The notes beneath the pieces are model-generated. The model searched no databases. It worked only from the letters and a program-made list of their open reading frames with translations, and was not told the DNA's origin. Positions 27,673 to 37,541 of a stretch of DNA of 64,000 bases are shown in pieces. The translations under genes were made by a program, and so were the position numbers. Origin of the DNA: Alphaproteobacteria bacterium (GTDB lineage Bacteria > Pseudomonadota > Alphaproteobacteria > RF32 > CAG-239); the NCBI GenBank assembly GCA_045659785.1, contig JAZRCM010000002.1:1954-65953 (forward strand), written 5' to 3'. Positions within the stretch are counted from its first letter, which is position 1. The number at the start of each line of letters is the position of its first letter.

Positions 27673-28365
27673 ATGATTATGACCGATTTGTGTTTCTCGT
27701 CAGAGACTTATATGATTGATATTAACGACGTTGCCGTATTAAACGATAGCAACGTTGATTTTGTATGCAAAAAAAATAAGGATATTGTTATTTTAATGGG
27801 AGATATGGAACAAAATATCCCCGATACCCTACTCTGCGGTCGCGAAAACATCAATAAAGCTATTGCAAATAAGGAAGAATATATTGCAGTCAAAATTGCT
27901 TTTATTTCAAAAATAAAAAAATATGATATTATCACTCAGTTTATAAAAAAGTTTCGCGGAAAATATAAAATTTGGTCTTCTAATATTTATCATACCAATC
28001 CGGAATTTATTCGCAAAATGAAAATTGAGCGTTCTTTTCGTACTAAAGAGAATGCCTACAATTTTACAAATCCGTTATACAGACGCACCGACGAAGAACG
28101 CATAAGTCGTTATGAAAAACTATGCGAAAGTATTAAAAACGGTTATGATGATAATTACCCCATTGATATTATGCTACTTCGTATGTTGGGTATAAAAGAT
28201 AATGTTAATAACGGTCATCATCGTATGGCTGTCGCCCTTGAGCAAGGTATAAAAAAGATTTCCGTTCGTTTTTCGGCAGTGGGACAAGCTCCTCGTATAT
28301 TGCACCCACTATTGAAAGTTATTGCCGACATCGCCATCAAAATAAAACAAAATAAAAACAGCTGA
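27673..28365 (+). CDS. Hypothetical protein with a ParB/sulfiredoxin-like motif (NGHHRMAVALEQG).
   Basis: A G-H-H-R-x-A-A-like element characteristic of the ParB/Srx nuclease fold, near the C-terminus. Confidence 0.4.
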   Translation: MIMTDLCFSSETYMIDINDVAVLNDSNVDFVCKKNKDIVILMGDMEQNIPDTLLCGRENINKAIANKEEYIAVKIAFISKIKKYDIITQFIKKFRGKYKIWSSNIYHTNPEFIRKMKIERSFRTKENAYNFTNPLYRRTDEERISRYEKLCESIKNGYDDNYPIDIMLLRMLGIKDNVNNGHHRMAVALEQGIKKISVRFSAVGQAPRILHPLLKVIADIAIKIKQNKNS

Positions 28366-28445
28366 TTATATTAGCTTTATCGAATATTTATGTATTGCCT
28401 AGGATTAAATAAGTTATATAAAAATTGGTAAAATATATAAACAAT

Positions 28446-28475
28446 AAAAAACTCCGGAAATCCGGAGTTTTTTTA
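28446..28475. terminator. Bidirectional terminator.
   Basis: AAAAAACTCCGGAAATCCGGAGTTTTTTT. Nearly identical in design to the hairpin at 56225-56252. Confidence 0.7.
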
Positions 28476-28937
28476 TTATCTTGTTGCGTTTTTAATTAAC
28501 CAACAAACAAATACAGTCAACCCTGTAATAGCACCTATCACAAACCAGTCCGAACTCTGATTTCTCGGTTTGAAAGAGGTAGGATATTCTGAATACTTAA
28601 TAGTATTTGAAGATTTCATAAAACTTTCCATTTTAGATTTTGAAATATAATTAAGACAACGAGGGTGCTCATGAGCGCCAGCCTTGATAAAAGTATTATA
28701 TGCTTTATAGTCATTTTTCTTAATTGCTATACAAACTCCGCTATCTCCGTTTTTATTCGGTGCATCTAAATCTAATCCACGATTTGAAGCAGCCATCAAT
28801 GATGCTAAATCACCATCAGCAGCAAGACTATACATATAATTAAAATCATCTGGCGAAAGCTTTTTTGTAGCAAAGGCTGGTGATACACAAGCAAAATAAA
28901 ATGCTATTATGGTTAAATATGTTATAAATTTTCTCAT
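28476..28937 (-). CDS. Exported or membrane-anchored protein with ankyrin-repeat-like segments.
   Basis: Signal peptide MRKFITYLTIIAFYFACVSPAFA. NGDSGVCIAIKKNDYKAYNTFIKAGA fits the ANK consensus. C-terminal TM helix. SD GGAGTG upstream. The ORF track begins at 28979. Confidence 0.45.
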   Translation of the reverse strand: MRKFITYLTIIAFYFACVSPAFATKKLSPDDFNYMYSLAADGDLASLMAASNRGLDLDAPNKNGDSGVCIAIKKNDYKAYNTFIKAGAHEHPRCLNYISKSKMESFMKSSNTIKYSEYPTSFKPRNQSSDWFVIGAITGLTVFVCWLIKNATR

Positions 28938-29106
28938 TAGTTCACACACTCCATTATTTTTCGGATATTTTAACAGCATCTTTTTTAATAAATAGTTTAT
29001 TTTATACTTTTTTATTAACTAAAAAAATATATTGACAAAATTGCCGAAAAACATTAATCTATGCTGTGTAATTAAAATTATTTATTAACAATTCTAATCT
29101 AATGTT

Positions 29107-29631
29107 ATGAACAAAAAATGTTTATTGTCATTGTTTTTTTTGATGACAGCAGCTTTTTGCTTGAGCGCACAAGCGACTATCGCTACAAGCAATGAAATCA
29201 GTGAAGCACCTGAAGTAATCCTTGGGAAAGGAAACTACTTCACCGGAGAAGTTATTGTTGCTGATGATTCTCAAATCTTCACAACAAACGAGAAAAACAT
29301 CTTTGTATGGCTTAAGGACAACAAAGCTGTTGAAGTAAAACTTCTGAAACCGGAAATTTTCCACAAAATGCTCGCTGGCGAAGAAGGTCACAAGGTTTAT
29401 GACCAATGGCCTATGATCCTCAAAATCAAGAACAAAGAGTATCTTTGTTTTTATTTTGCGACATCCGGAGGCGGCTATTATGGGCTCCCTAACGGAAAAC
29501 TTATGAAAGAACGCGGCATGAAGCAGGCCGGAGTTGTTCGCTCACAGTGGTTGACTGACAAAGAAGGAGTAAAAGAAACAAACTCTCTTCGCTCGCTAAT
29601 TCAGCAGATATCAGGCACTTCGGAGCAGTAA
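29107..29631 (+). CDS. Secreted hypothetical protein with anomalous (higher) GC.
   Basis: Signal peptide MNKKCLLSLFFLMTAAFCLSAQA. Codons such as GGC, GCG and CTC are rare elsewhere in the window. Strong terminator at 29650-29682. Confidence 0.5.
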   Translation: MNKKCLLSLFFLMTAAFCLSAQATIATSNEISEAPEVILGKGNYFTGEVIVADDSQIFTTNEKNIFVWLKDNKAVEVKLLKPEIFHKMLAGEEGHKVYDQWPMILKIKNKEYLCFYFATSGGGYYGLPNGKLMKERGMKQAGVVRSQWLTDKEGVKETNSLRSLIQQISGTSEQ

Positions 29632-29680
29632 GAACAGCGGACAGATAATTCAAGGCACCTATACACGGTGCCTTTTTTCT

Positions 29681-30496
29681 TCACAAAAAATAATTGTCCA
29701 GAAAATCATCAACTTCTGTTCTTAATTCCTCATTTAGCAACTTATCGTTATGATAATTTTGTAATCCGTCAAACATCAATTTCACCAAATTCAGCTTACG
29801 ACAAAAAGTTACCGATGCTTTATAATTTAAATCAAAGAACCAACTTATAAAAGTAAGGCTATGATCTGCGGCTGTTTGTCGTAAAGAATAATCTACTGTT
29901 TTATGCCTTTTGAAATCTTCAATAACTTCAAGACTTATTTTCAACTCAGATGACGGAGTCTGGTCTGGATTAGGCACAAATAACGGCATATACTTTTCGG
30001 TTTCATAACAAACAATATTAAAATTTGCAATTTTATCTGCATCGCGAATCAGCCAAAATATATGCTCTACCTCATCTCTGAGCTTATCATCTTTTATAGA
30101 CAGATACTCTTCGTCTTCATAAAACTTTTCTTTTACATGTCCGTGGTGTTTTATGGGTAAAGTTATTCTAATATCACTGTATTCGGGCATATCATGCAGT
30201 TTTTTGCTGCCTACAACACCATGGTCAATTCTCGGAGTTTTATTCCATAGACCGATTATTTCTTCAAATCTGGCAACATCATGCAATAAAACTGCCGTTT
30301 TAACCATATCAATAAATTCTTCACTCTGATTTTGAAACCATTTTTCATGTTTTATGATATAATTTCCGGCACCTAAAACCTGTAAAGAATGGTGTATTTT
30401 CTCTTCGGCATAGCGAATATGAAAATCGCTGTTTTTAACGATTGATAAACATCTCTCATATTCGGAATACAGTAAATTCAAAGCATTTTTCAGCAT
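29681..30496 (-). CDS. HD-domain phosphohydrolase-like protein.
   Basis: H...HD motif (VLLHDVARFE) with further downstream His/Asp residues. Confidence 0.5.
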   Translation of the reverse strand: MLKNALNLLYSEYERCLSIVKNSDFHIRYAEEKIHHSLQVLGAGNYIIKHEKWFQNQSEEFIDMVKTAVLLHDVARFEEIIGLWNKTPRIDHGVVGSKKLHDMPEYSDIRITLPIKHHGHVKEKFYEDEEYLSIKDDKLRDEVEHIFWLIRDADKIANFNIVCYETEKYMPLFVPNPDQTPSSELKISLEVIEDFKRHKTVDYSLRQTAADHSLTFISWFFDLNYKASVTFCRKLNLVKLMFDGLQNYHNDKLLNEELRTEVDDFLDNYFL

Positions 30497-30687
30497 ATTA
30501 ACCTCTCAATTTATATGTGTAATTCTATATTTTTAGAGTTATTTTTTAGTTAATAAAAAAAATGCTTGCAAAAAGAACAAAAATAGAACAATATATTTTC
30601 AGCGGATAAGTTGTCTTCATAAATTGTATTTTATGACAATTTATAAGATAGTAACTACAGTTAATTAAAAATGAAAGAGAAACGAAT

Positions 30688-31713
30688 ATGGAAAAAGATA
30701 AAGCATTAGATGCCGCCCTATCCCAAATTGAGCGCACTTTCGGTAAAGGCTCAATTATGCGTTTAGGACAAAACACAAACATTGATATTGAGGCTATTTC
30801 TACCGGTTCTTTAGGAACAGATATTGCTTTAGGAATCGGCGGACTTCCTAAAGGAAGAATTATCGAAATATATGGTCCTGAAAGCTCCGGTAAAACAACT
30901 TTTGCGTTGAGTGTTGTTGCTCAAGCTCAAAAGAAAGGCGGAGTTTGTGCATTTGTTGATGCCGAACATGCTTTAGACCCATCTTATGCCAAAAAAATCG
31001 GTGTTGATATTGAAAACCTGTTAGTTTCTCAACCGGACTCCGGTGAACAAGCTTTGGAAATTGCAGATACTTTGGTTCGTTCCGGTGCTATTGATGTTTT
31101 GGTTGTTGACTCAGTTGCCGCATTGGTTCCTAAGGCTGAATTAGAAGGAGAAATGGGCGATTCTCACATGGGTTTACAAGCAAGACTTATGTCTCAAGCT
31201 TTGCGTAAGCTTACATCAACAGTTTCACGTTCAAATACTTTAATTATATTCATCAACCAAATTCGTATGAAAATCGGTGTTATGTTCGGTAGCCCGGAAA
31301 CAACAACCGGCGGTAATGCTTTGAAGTTTTATGCTTCCGTACGTTTGGATATCAGAAGAATCGGCTCGATTAAAGATAAAGAAGATGTTATCGGTAGCCA
31401 AACCAGAGTTAAAATCGTAAAGAACAAAGTGGCTCCTCCGTTCAAAACCGTTGATTTTGATATTATGTACGGCGAAGGTATTTCTAAAACCGGTGAACTT
31501 ATCGACTTAGGTGTTAAAGCCGGATTGGTAGAAAAATCCGGTGCATGGTTCTCCTATAAGGGAGAAAAATTAGGTCAAGGTCGTGAAAATGCCAAAATAT
31601 TCTTGCGTGATCACCCTGAAATCGCTGATGAAATCGAAAATAAAATCAGAGCCGATGCCGGTCATCTGACTGTTGAAATGATTGGCGATGATATGTCTGA
31701 CGATATGGAATAA
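30688..31713 (+). CDS. recA: Recombinase RecA.
   Basis: GPESSGKTT Walker A, the [21 protein letters not shown]1 region, and [13 protein letters not shown]. Confidence 0.97.
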   Translation: MEKDKALDAALSQIERTFGKGSIMRLGQNTNIDIEAISTGSLGTDIALGIGGLPKGRIIEIYGPESSGKTTFALSVVAQAQKKGGVCAFVDAEHALDPSYAKKIGVDIENLLVSQPDSGEQALEIADTLVRSGAIDVLVVDSVAALVPKAELEGEMGDSHMGLQARLMSQALRKLTSTVSRSNTLIIFINQIRMKIGVMFGSPETTTGGNALKFYASVRLDIRRIGSIKDKEDVIGSQTRVKIVKNKVAPPFKTVDFDIMYGEGISKTGELIDLGVKAGLVEKSGAWFSYKGEKLGQGRENAKIFLRDHPEIADEIENKIRADAGHLTVEMIGDDMSDDME

Positions 31714-31714
31714 T

Positions 31715-31745
31715 CTGAAATCCCTCGCAAGAGGGATTTTTCATT
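31715..31745 (+). terminator. Terminator of recA.
   Basis: Hairpin AAATCCCTCGCAAGAGGGATTT followed by TTTT. Confidence 0.7.
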
Positions 31746-31811
31746 AATTGAAATTTATATTTTTTTTGATGTATAATGGTTGCATGTTTTTCATTATGAA
31801 AGGAGATTTAA

Positions 31812-32945
31812 ATGGCTGATATAAAAGATGATGGAAAAACAGAAGAAGAAAGAAAAAAAGAATTAGAAAAAGAAGAACAAGAAAGAAAAGAAGAAGAAAA
31901 AAAACGAGAAGCATTGTCTGAAATAGAAGCTCAAGCTAAGTCTTTATCAGATAAGTATGGCGAAAAATTTGATGTAGGGGCCTATACTGCTGCTGCTAAA
32001 AGCTATGTAGATGAACATAAATCTTTAGAAGGATTCGATAGTTCTGCCTTTATCAAAGAAAAAGATGATGAAGATAAAGGTAAAGACAAAGATAAAGAAT
32101 CTGATAACGAAAAAATTGAAAATAACAAAGCTCTTTCTTTTTCGCTGAAAGAAAAAGATGGTAAGTTTACGGCTATCGGTACCGATGGAACGGTACTTGA
32201 AGGTAAAAACTTTGAAGAAATAAATGATAAAATATGTCAAGATTTAAAACAAAAAGTTGAAAATGAAGGACGTGAATGCGTTTTGGCTTATAGGGGAAAA
32301 AATCCCGAAAGACAAGAAATATTCTCAAGAAATGCCATAATGAAACATGGTGTAGCTATTTCTGATGGTTATCCTAAAGATCCTCAATTTTGGAAAGATT
32401 TGAAGAATGAATATTTAGCAGACAAAAACCACTCTTTAAAAGAGTGGGAACGTATGACCCGTAAAATTCCTGATGATGTTATGCAACGTACTCCGGAAGA
32501 ACAAGCTCGTAATAAAAAACTGTTGGATGCTGATTTGTTGAAAAAACTTCGTAAAGGTATGACCGCTAATGAAGCAGTGGGAGCTACCGCAGGTATTCCT
32601 CCAACTCCAACTATTCCTTTGAGTATCGACCAAACTAACGGACGAGCAAATAATGTCTCCGGTATGACTAACGTTCCAAATACACCGGTTGCAAATAACA
32701 TTCCGAATATTTCCAATGTGTCTAATGAAGCCGGAACTGTAGGACAGCCTACGGGAGAACAAGTCGGCGATCAAAAAGCTCAAGACAGAAATCTGGTAGC
32801 ACAAATGCGTCGAGGTATTAACCCTAACTCTCCGGAATATCAAGCTCAAATGGCTGCAGAAGAGCAACGCAGACAAAATACGCAAGAGCTTACTCCTGAG
32901 ATGCAGGAAGAAATCAAAAAACGTGCTCAAGATAAAATTAAATAA
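31812..32945 (+). CDS. Highly charged low-complexity hypothetical protein (377 aa).
   Basis: Lys/Glu-rich N-terminus (EEERKKELEKEEQERKEEEKKRE). Asn/Pro/Thr-rich middle. Terminator at 32962-32998. Confidence 0.45.
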   Translation: MADIKDDGKTEEERKKELEKEEQERKEEEKKREALSEIEAQAKSLSDKYGEKFDVGAYTAAAKSYVDEHKSLEGFDSSAFIKEKDDEDKGKDKDKESDNEKIENNKALSFSLKEKDGKFTAIGTDGTVLEGKNFEEINDKICQDLKQKVENEGRECVLAYRGKNPERQEIFSRNAIMKHGVAISDGYPKDPQFWKDLKNEYLADKNHSLKEWERMTRKIPDDVMQRTPEEQARNKKLLDADLLKKLRKGMTANEAVGATAGIPPTPTIPLSIDQTNGRANNVSGMTNVPNTPVANNIPNISNVSNEAGTVGQPTGEQVGDQKAQDRNLVAQMRRGINPNSPEYQAQMAAEEQRRQNTQELTPEMQEEIKKRAQDKIK

Positions 32946-33084
32946 GCAGTTTTGCAACAATGAAAAAAATCCCAAAAACTTTTTGGGATTTTTTCATTTT
33001 CAGTCATGTTTAAAATTAAAAAACTATACATAACTTACAAAAAGTGGTATAATTTGTCGTATTTTTCATCATAGGAGCAAAAAA

Positions 33085-33657
33085 TTGGATATATATAGAG
33101 TAGTATGTAGCGAAAATCAAAAACTTTATCCTAATGAAACGTTTGTTGATTTTATGCCGGCAGGAATGAACCGTTCTGAAAACTCGGTTATACATGATAG
33201 CATTCTAAAAATGCGAAGAATGGCTAACCCTGAAGTTGAAAGCTTAACCAATGGATTGCTATTATACGATTTTGGTGCCGGAAGAATTGAACTCAAATTT
33301 GAAAAAGCATACAATCATATTATCCGTCGTAATCAAGAAAATTTTCGCAAAAATTACGAACACTTAATTATTCGCAGATTTAAAGAAATGAGAGAAAATG
33401 GTAAAGATAAAACTCTTAATATCAATACTGCTACTCTTGCAGTTGTTTATGATTTTTATAAAAAAGATAATGATGATCTAGTTGCTCCACAAAGTGCTAA
33501 AGAGGTGGAATTACGTCGTAAAGCGGAAGAATATCGCCAACTGCAAAAACGTAGACAAGAACTTATGGAAAAAGTAAACGAACGTTCAAAAAAAGAACGC
33601 TCGTTTACATCTGAACAATTTTTAGCTTGGAAAATGGCTCACTATCAAGGAGATTAA
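33085..33657 (+). CDS. Hypothetical protein (190 aa).
   Basis: ORF with SD-like AGGAGCAA upstream. Confidence 0.4.
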   Translation: MDIYRVVCSENQKLYPNETFVDFMPAGMNRSENSVIHDSILKMRRMANPEVESLTNGLLLYDFGAGRIELKFEKAYNHIIRRNQENFRKNYEHLIIRRFKEMRENGKDKTLNINTATLAVVYDFYKKDNDDLVAPQSAKEVELRRKAEEYRQLQKRRQELMEKVNERSKKERSFTSEQFLAWKMAHYQGD

Positions 33658-34292
33658 ATGTTATCTACATAACGTTTAATCATATCCAAGGCTTTTTTGT
33701 AATAATCTTTGCTATGAGGTGCGACATCTGATTTGACTATGTCTCTATATTCCATAGTATAAGTTCTGTCCGGATTGAGTTTTATCCCTTTAGCTTCTAT
33801 TTTTTCAAGCTTTTCATCTAACAAATCAGTAAATTCATTGATATCTACCTCATACAAACCCTCAACTTCTTCCGGCTGTAAAACTGCCTTATATGGCGAA
33901 CCGCTTACCATTGCCATATATACCATTTGAAACTCTCTATTATTTATATTTTCGATTTCGTAAATTTCTTTTGAAGTGAACAATTTCATTATATCGTCTT
34001 TATTGAGCTTGATACCAAGTTCTTCTTCTATTTCACGATATCCGTCTTTTACTTCTTCTCCTGCTTTTATATGACCGGCGGCGGTTATATCCAATTTATT
34101 GGGAAAAATATCTTTATTATGTTTACGAAGTTGCAACCATAACATAGTTTTTCCTTCTTCTGTTTTTTGCGCCAACCAACAATGAAACGTTTTGTGCCAC
34201 AAGCCTTCTCTGTGAGCTTGTGATTTCATTACTGTTCCCAAAAAATTCATATTTTCATCAAATATATCTATCAATTCATCAGCCATAGTCAT
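33654..34292 (-). CDS. Nudix hydrolase.
   Basis: Nudix box GHIKAGEEVKDGYREIEEELGI (Gx5Ex7REUxEExGU). Confidence 0.8.
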   Translation of the reverse strand: MTMADELIDIFDENMNFLGTVMKSQAHREGLWHKTFHCWLAQKTEEGKTMLWLQLRKHNKDIFPNKLDITAAGHIKAGEEVKDGYREIEEELGIKLNKDDIMKLFTSKEIYEIENINNREFQMVYMAMVSGSPYKAVLQPEEVEGLYEVDINEFTDLLDEKLEKIEAKGIKLNPDRTYTMEYRDIVKSDVAPHSKDYYKKALDMIKRYVDNI

Positions 34293-34298
34293 ATATCC

Positions 34299-35027
34299 TT
34301 AGTCCAAATAGTATTCAATAGTAGAGACGACTCTAACTTTCTTTTCAATTCTGTTCATTTCTGTTGCATTTGCCGTTTGTTCACGGGGTAAAATAGAAAA
34401 AACACCTTGGTTAGCCTTGCGAATTTTTCCAACCTTGGTGTTTGAACTTTTTGCAAACTCATTTGCGGCTGCCATAGCATTTTTTGTTGCGGCTTCCAAC
34501 ATTTGAGGTTTTATATCGTTAATCTTTGTAAATATGTAAGAAACCGGCATATAACTGTTGTTATCAAAAACGATACCTTTCGAAATCAAAATCCCCGTAG
34601 AATTTACTGCTTTTTCAATTAAATCAACATCAGTTGATTTGACTTGAATACTCTGAGTTAAAATATATCGAAAAGAATTTTGCGAATCGCTACGATAGGG
34701 ATTTGCCATAAGGTCGTTTGTTTCGGTTCTTTGTGCGATAATTTCGTTATCGTTAAAGCCAAGTTTTTTCAAAAAAGAAGTGATAATTTCTTGTTGTGCC
34801 GTCATTTTTGATTGAGATACAGCCAAGTCATTTCCGGTTACTACATATTTTATGTCCCAAACACCCAAGTCGGCTTTCACATCCATTTCGGCAAGACCTT
34901 TAACAGTCACAAAATTAGCGTCAGATTTTGCGCGATAGTAATAGTATCCGGGGAAAAATCCGCCTAATGCAATACCTATCGACAGCATAAAAGAACATAA
35001 CATTTTACATTTATCTGACATACACAT
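34299..35027 (-). CDS. SIMPL/DUF541 (BP26/YggE-like) periplasmic protein.
   Basis: N-terminal TM or signal sequence. Overall similarity pattern to the 26 kDa periplasmic immunogenic protein family. The start may be the internal Met at 35003. Confidence 0.5.
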   Translation of the reverse strand: MCMSDKCKMLCSFMLSIGIALGGFFPGYYYYRAKSDANFVTVKGLAEMDVKADLGVWDIKYVVTGNDLAVSQSKMTAQQEIITSFLKKLGFNDNEIIAQRTETNDLMANPYRSDSQNSFRYILTQSIQVKSTDVDLIEKAVNSTGILISKGIVFDNNSYMPVSYIFTKINDIKPQMLEAATKNAMAAANEFAKSSNTKVGKIRKANQGVFSILPREQTANATEMNRIEKKVRVVSTIEYYLD

Positions 35028-35186
35028 CTCCTTAACAGAAAAAACTCGTGCACTATATATAAATACTCTTCTTTTTTATTTTTAGCAACTATGAGATAAA
35101 AATATTAAGAAGTTTTATAAAAAAATTATAAAAACTATTGACGAACTTAAAAAGTTAAGTTAAATATATCTCCGTTGTCTGCTGAT

Positions 35187-35274
35187 GGAGAGTTGGCAGA
35201 GCGGTAATGCAGCGGATTGCTAATCCGTCATCGGTAACTCCGATGCACAGGTTCGAGTCCTGTACTCTCCGCCA
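35187..35274 (+). tRNA. tRNA-Ser (anticodon GCT).
   Basis: Acceptor GGAGAGT pairs with ACTCTCC, then G and CCA. Anticodon loop TTGCTAA. Long variable arm. T-loop TTCGAGT. Confidence 0.85.
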
Positions 35275-35275
35275 C

Positions 35276-35308
35276 TAAAAGCCTTGATTTATTCAAGGCT
35301 TTTTCTTT
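35276..35308. terminator. Bidirectional terminator between tRNA-Ser and the RNase H gene.
   Basis: Hairpin AAAAGCCTTGATTTATTCAAGGCTTTTT. Confidence 0.7.
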
Positions 35309-35369
35309 TATTTATCACTATAATTTTTATTCTTGATACAGTTAAATTGAGATAAGAATGAAATTTGTT

Positions 35370-35819
35370 CTATCTCTCGTAGAACTTTGCTCTGCCCTCA
35401 TTGGCGGCTAGATCCGCAAATCTGTTTCCCATAGAGTGAGTTTGAAAATTATGAGTATGAGCTTTGATTTTCTTAACCGTTATTCCTCTGCGTCTGATTT
35501 GATAAGCCCAATATTCACACATTTTATGCCTAATGTATTGCTCTTTTGTTCTCGGCTTATCTTGTATCTCATTATTTATATAAGACAAAGCTGTCAAACT
35601 GTCGGTATAAATAACCCCTCTTCCTTCTGTTAGGATACTTGCCAAATGGATTGCGAACAATTCCGCCTCGTTGTTGGAACTTGCTCTAATCCAATTAGAA
35701 TACACTTTGCGTTTTTGTCCGTCTTGAACAACAACACCTATTCCTGCAATTCCTTTTCTTTCATCATACGAACTGTCACAAAATGCTTTCATTTTATTTC
35801 CATCAACAACTTTTGCCAA
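35370..35819 (-). CDS. rnhA: Ribonuclease H (type 1 RNase H fold).
   Basis: DSS...GIGVVV, NNEAELFAIHLA, IYTDSL and KAHTHN...NRFADLAA align motif-for-motif with E. coli RnhA. The true start may be the internal Met at about 35792. Confidence 0.55.
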   Translation of the reverse strand: MAKVVDGNKMKAFCDSSYDERKGIAGIGVVVQDGQKRKVYSNWIRASSNNEAELFAIHLASILTEGRGVIYTDSLTALSYINNEIQDKPRTKEQYIRHKMCEYWAYQIRRRGITVKKIKAHTHNFQTHSMGNRFADLAANEGRAKFYER

Positions 35820-35873
35820 ATATAGAATCTCTTTTAATTCATATATATTATTCGTACAATACTTTTTCCAGTG

Positions 35874-37406
35874 TTATCTTCCATGATTTATCGTCATGTA
35901 TTTTATCACCTCACTATTAGAGGAAGTCTGTTCATCTGCATGAGATTTTTCGGGCTTATCTATAACATCTTTAGTTGTATCAAGAACTTGATGATGTAAG
36001 ACATCAGAATATCTTTTTCCGTCTTCATCTTCCCATTTAGGATAAGTGGGATCATTTAATTTAACTGTCTGTTTTTCGTTTTTTTCTGCTTTAAGAAAAT
36101 ATGAAATTTTAGGCTCAGGAATATCCGTCATCGGAACTTCATTATTCGGGTTCAAAAACTCACGCAGATTTAGCGTTTTGGTTTCTCCATCTGCTTCAAA
36201 CTGAATTGTATATAAACTTTCGACTGCCTGTTGAAAATACTCTTCTTTACATTTTTTAGGCAATCTTTTTCCTTGTTTGTAATAATCGGTATTTATCGCA
36301 TCAAGAAAAGCTTTTATTGTTTCCTGATAATCTTTATGCTTGTCAAATGATTTTACAAACTTTTCTCTCATATCTTCAGTCGTCAGCTTTCCGTCTAAAT
36401 AATCTTTAGCCATTTTGCTCATACCGTCAGCTTTTGATTTATCATAAACAAACATATTATTTATTACCAAAGCATGCTGCACTAAATCTGCATATTGAGA
36501 TAAGGTTAATTTTTTATCATACTTCGGTAGATTAAAACGTTCTGCGAGTGCTTCATTACTCTGATTACGCATATACATATATGTTTGCAACAACATATAG
36601 TTTAGCTGTTTTTTTCCGAACTCATCAAGTTCAATATCTTTTTTTCTATATTGATTAAAATTTACACCACCTATTGTATAGGCAACATTCAATGCTTTTT
36701 GATAATTTTCTTCATGCCATGGTGCATATTTTCCCGACAAATCGCTGGCGATTGCATTGAAAGAATTTTGAGTACTATACCTTGATTTGAAATTTTCTTC
36801 CCACATTTTTGTGGTTCCATTTACAATCAAATCCATATCTTTATCAAAATCTTCTCGGTACGGACTGCCGGGTTTAATCTCTCCTTTTTGTATGGCTTCT
36901 TTATAAAACTCGAAACGAGATGATACATCAAATACACTTATATCACCGGTTCGAATATATTTATCTCTTAAATATATTAACTCTGCCATATTGGCGGATA
37001 TCTCATCGTGCATATCAAGTTTATAGCTATGATCCGGACTTACGGGATATGAATACAATCCTTCTTTTTTATTATCCCTATGTTTTTGTTCATGAATAAC
37101 CGTAATTGCTATATTTTCTTCAGGAATTGTGTAACCCGGCTCATTGTCTTTGTCATAATGCAAGGTAATCGAATTATTTTTAGTTGAATAAGTTGCCAGA
37201 GATCTCGGATTTGCCAATGTGTCCACTTGATAATCAATTTCTCTGGTATGCCTTGTTAAAAGTTCTTTTTTAGGAGATTTCGGCTCGTGCTGTTCTGCAA
37301 TTTTTTGCGCTAATGACGATGACGGAACTATTGTTGTCAATATTGTTGCAGCATATATGAGCACTTTTTCTTTCCAACTTGTTGTTTTTTTATTTGTCTT
37401 TGCCAT
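35874..37406 (-). CDS. Secreted HExxH-motif protein, paralogue 1 (putative Zn metallopeptidase-like, unknown family).
   Basis: Signal peptide. VIHEQKHRDN...SYPVSPDHSYKLDMHDEISANMAELIY. About 45% identical to the 38391-39956 product. SD AGGAGA. Confidence 0.6.
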   Translation of the reverse strand: MAKTNKKTTSWKEKVLIYAATILTTIVPSSSLAQKIAEQHEPKSPKKELLTRHTREIDYQVDTLANPRSLATYSTKNNSITLHYDKDNEPGYTIPEENIAITVIHEQKHRDNKKEGLYSYPVSPDHSYKLDMHDEISANMAELIYLRDKYIRTGDISVFDVSSRFEFYKEAIQKGEIKPGSPYREDFDKDMDLIVNGTTKMWEENFKSRYSTQNSFNAIASDLSGKYAPWHEENYQKALNVAYTIGGVNFNQYRKKDIELDEFGKKQLNYMLLQTYMYMRNQSNEALAERFNLPKYDKKLTLSQYADLVQHALVINNMFVYDKSKADGMSKMAKDYLDGKLTTEDMREKFVKSFDKHKDYQETIKAFLDAINTDYYKQGKRLPKKCKEEYFQQAVESLYTIQFEADGETKTLNLREFLNPNNEVPMTDIPEPKISYFLKAEKNEKQTVKLNDPTYPKWEDEDGKRYSDVLHHQVLDTTKDVIDKPEKSHADEQTSSNSEVIKYMTINHGR

Positions 37407-37541
37407 AATTTAATCTCCTAAACGGGAAAATTGTATCATTTTTTATGCTTAATGTAAATACAAAAACTTTCTTGATTTTTTTGTCTATCTATGATATGTA
37501 ATACTCCTCGTTTTTATATTATTCACTAAATACTATTCTTT

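Noticed and set aside
35370-35819. RNase H gene as evidence of a retroelement.
   Set aside because: No reverse transcriptase or integrase domain is adjacent. The sequence aligns colinearly with cellular RnhA.
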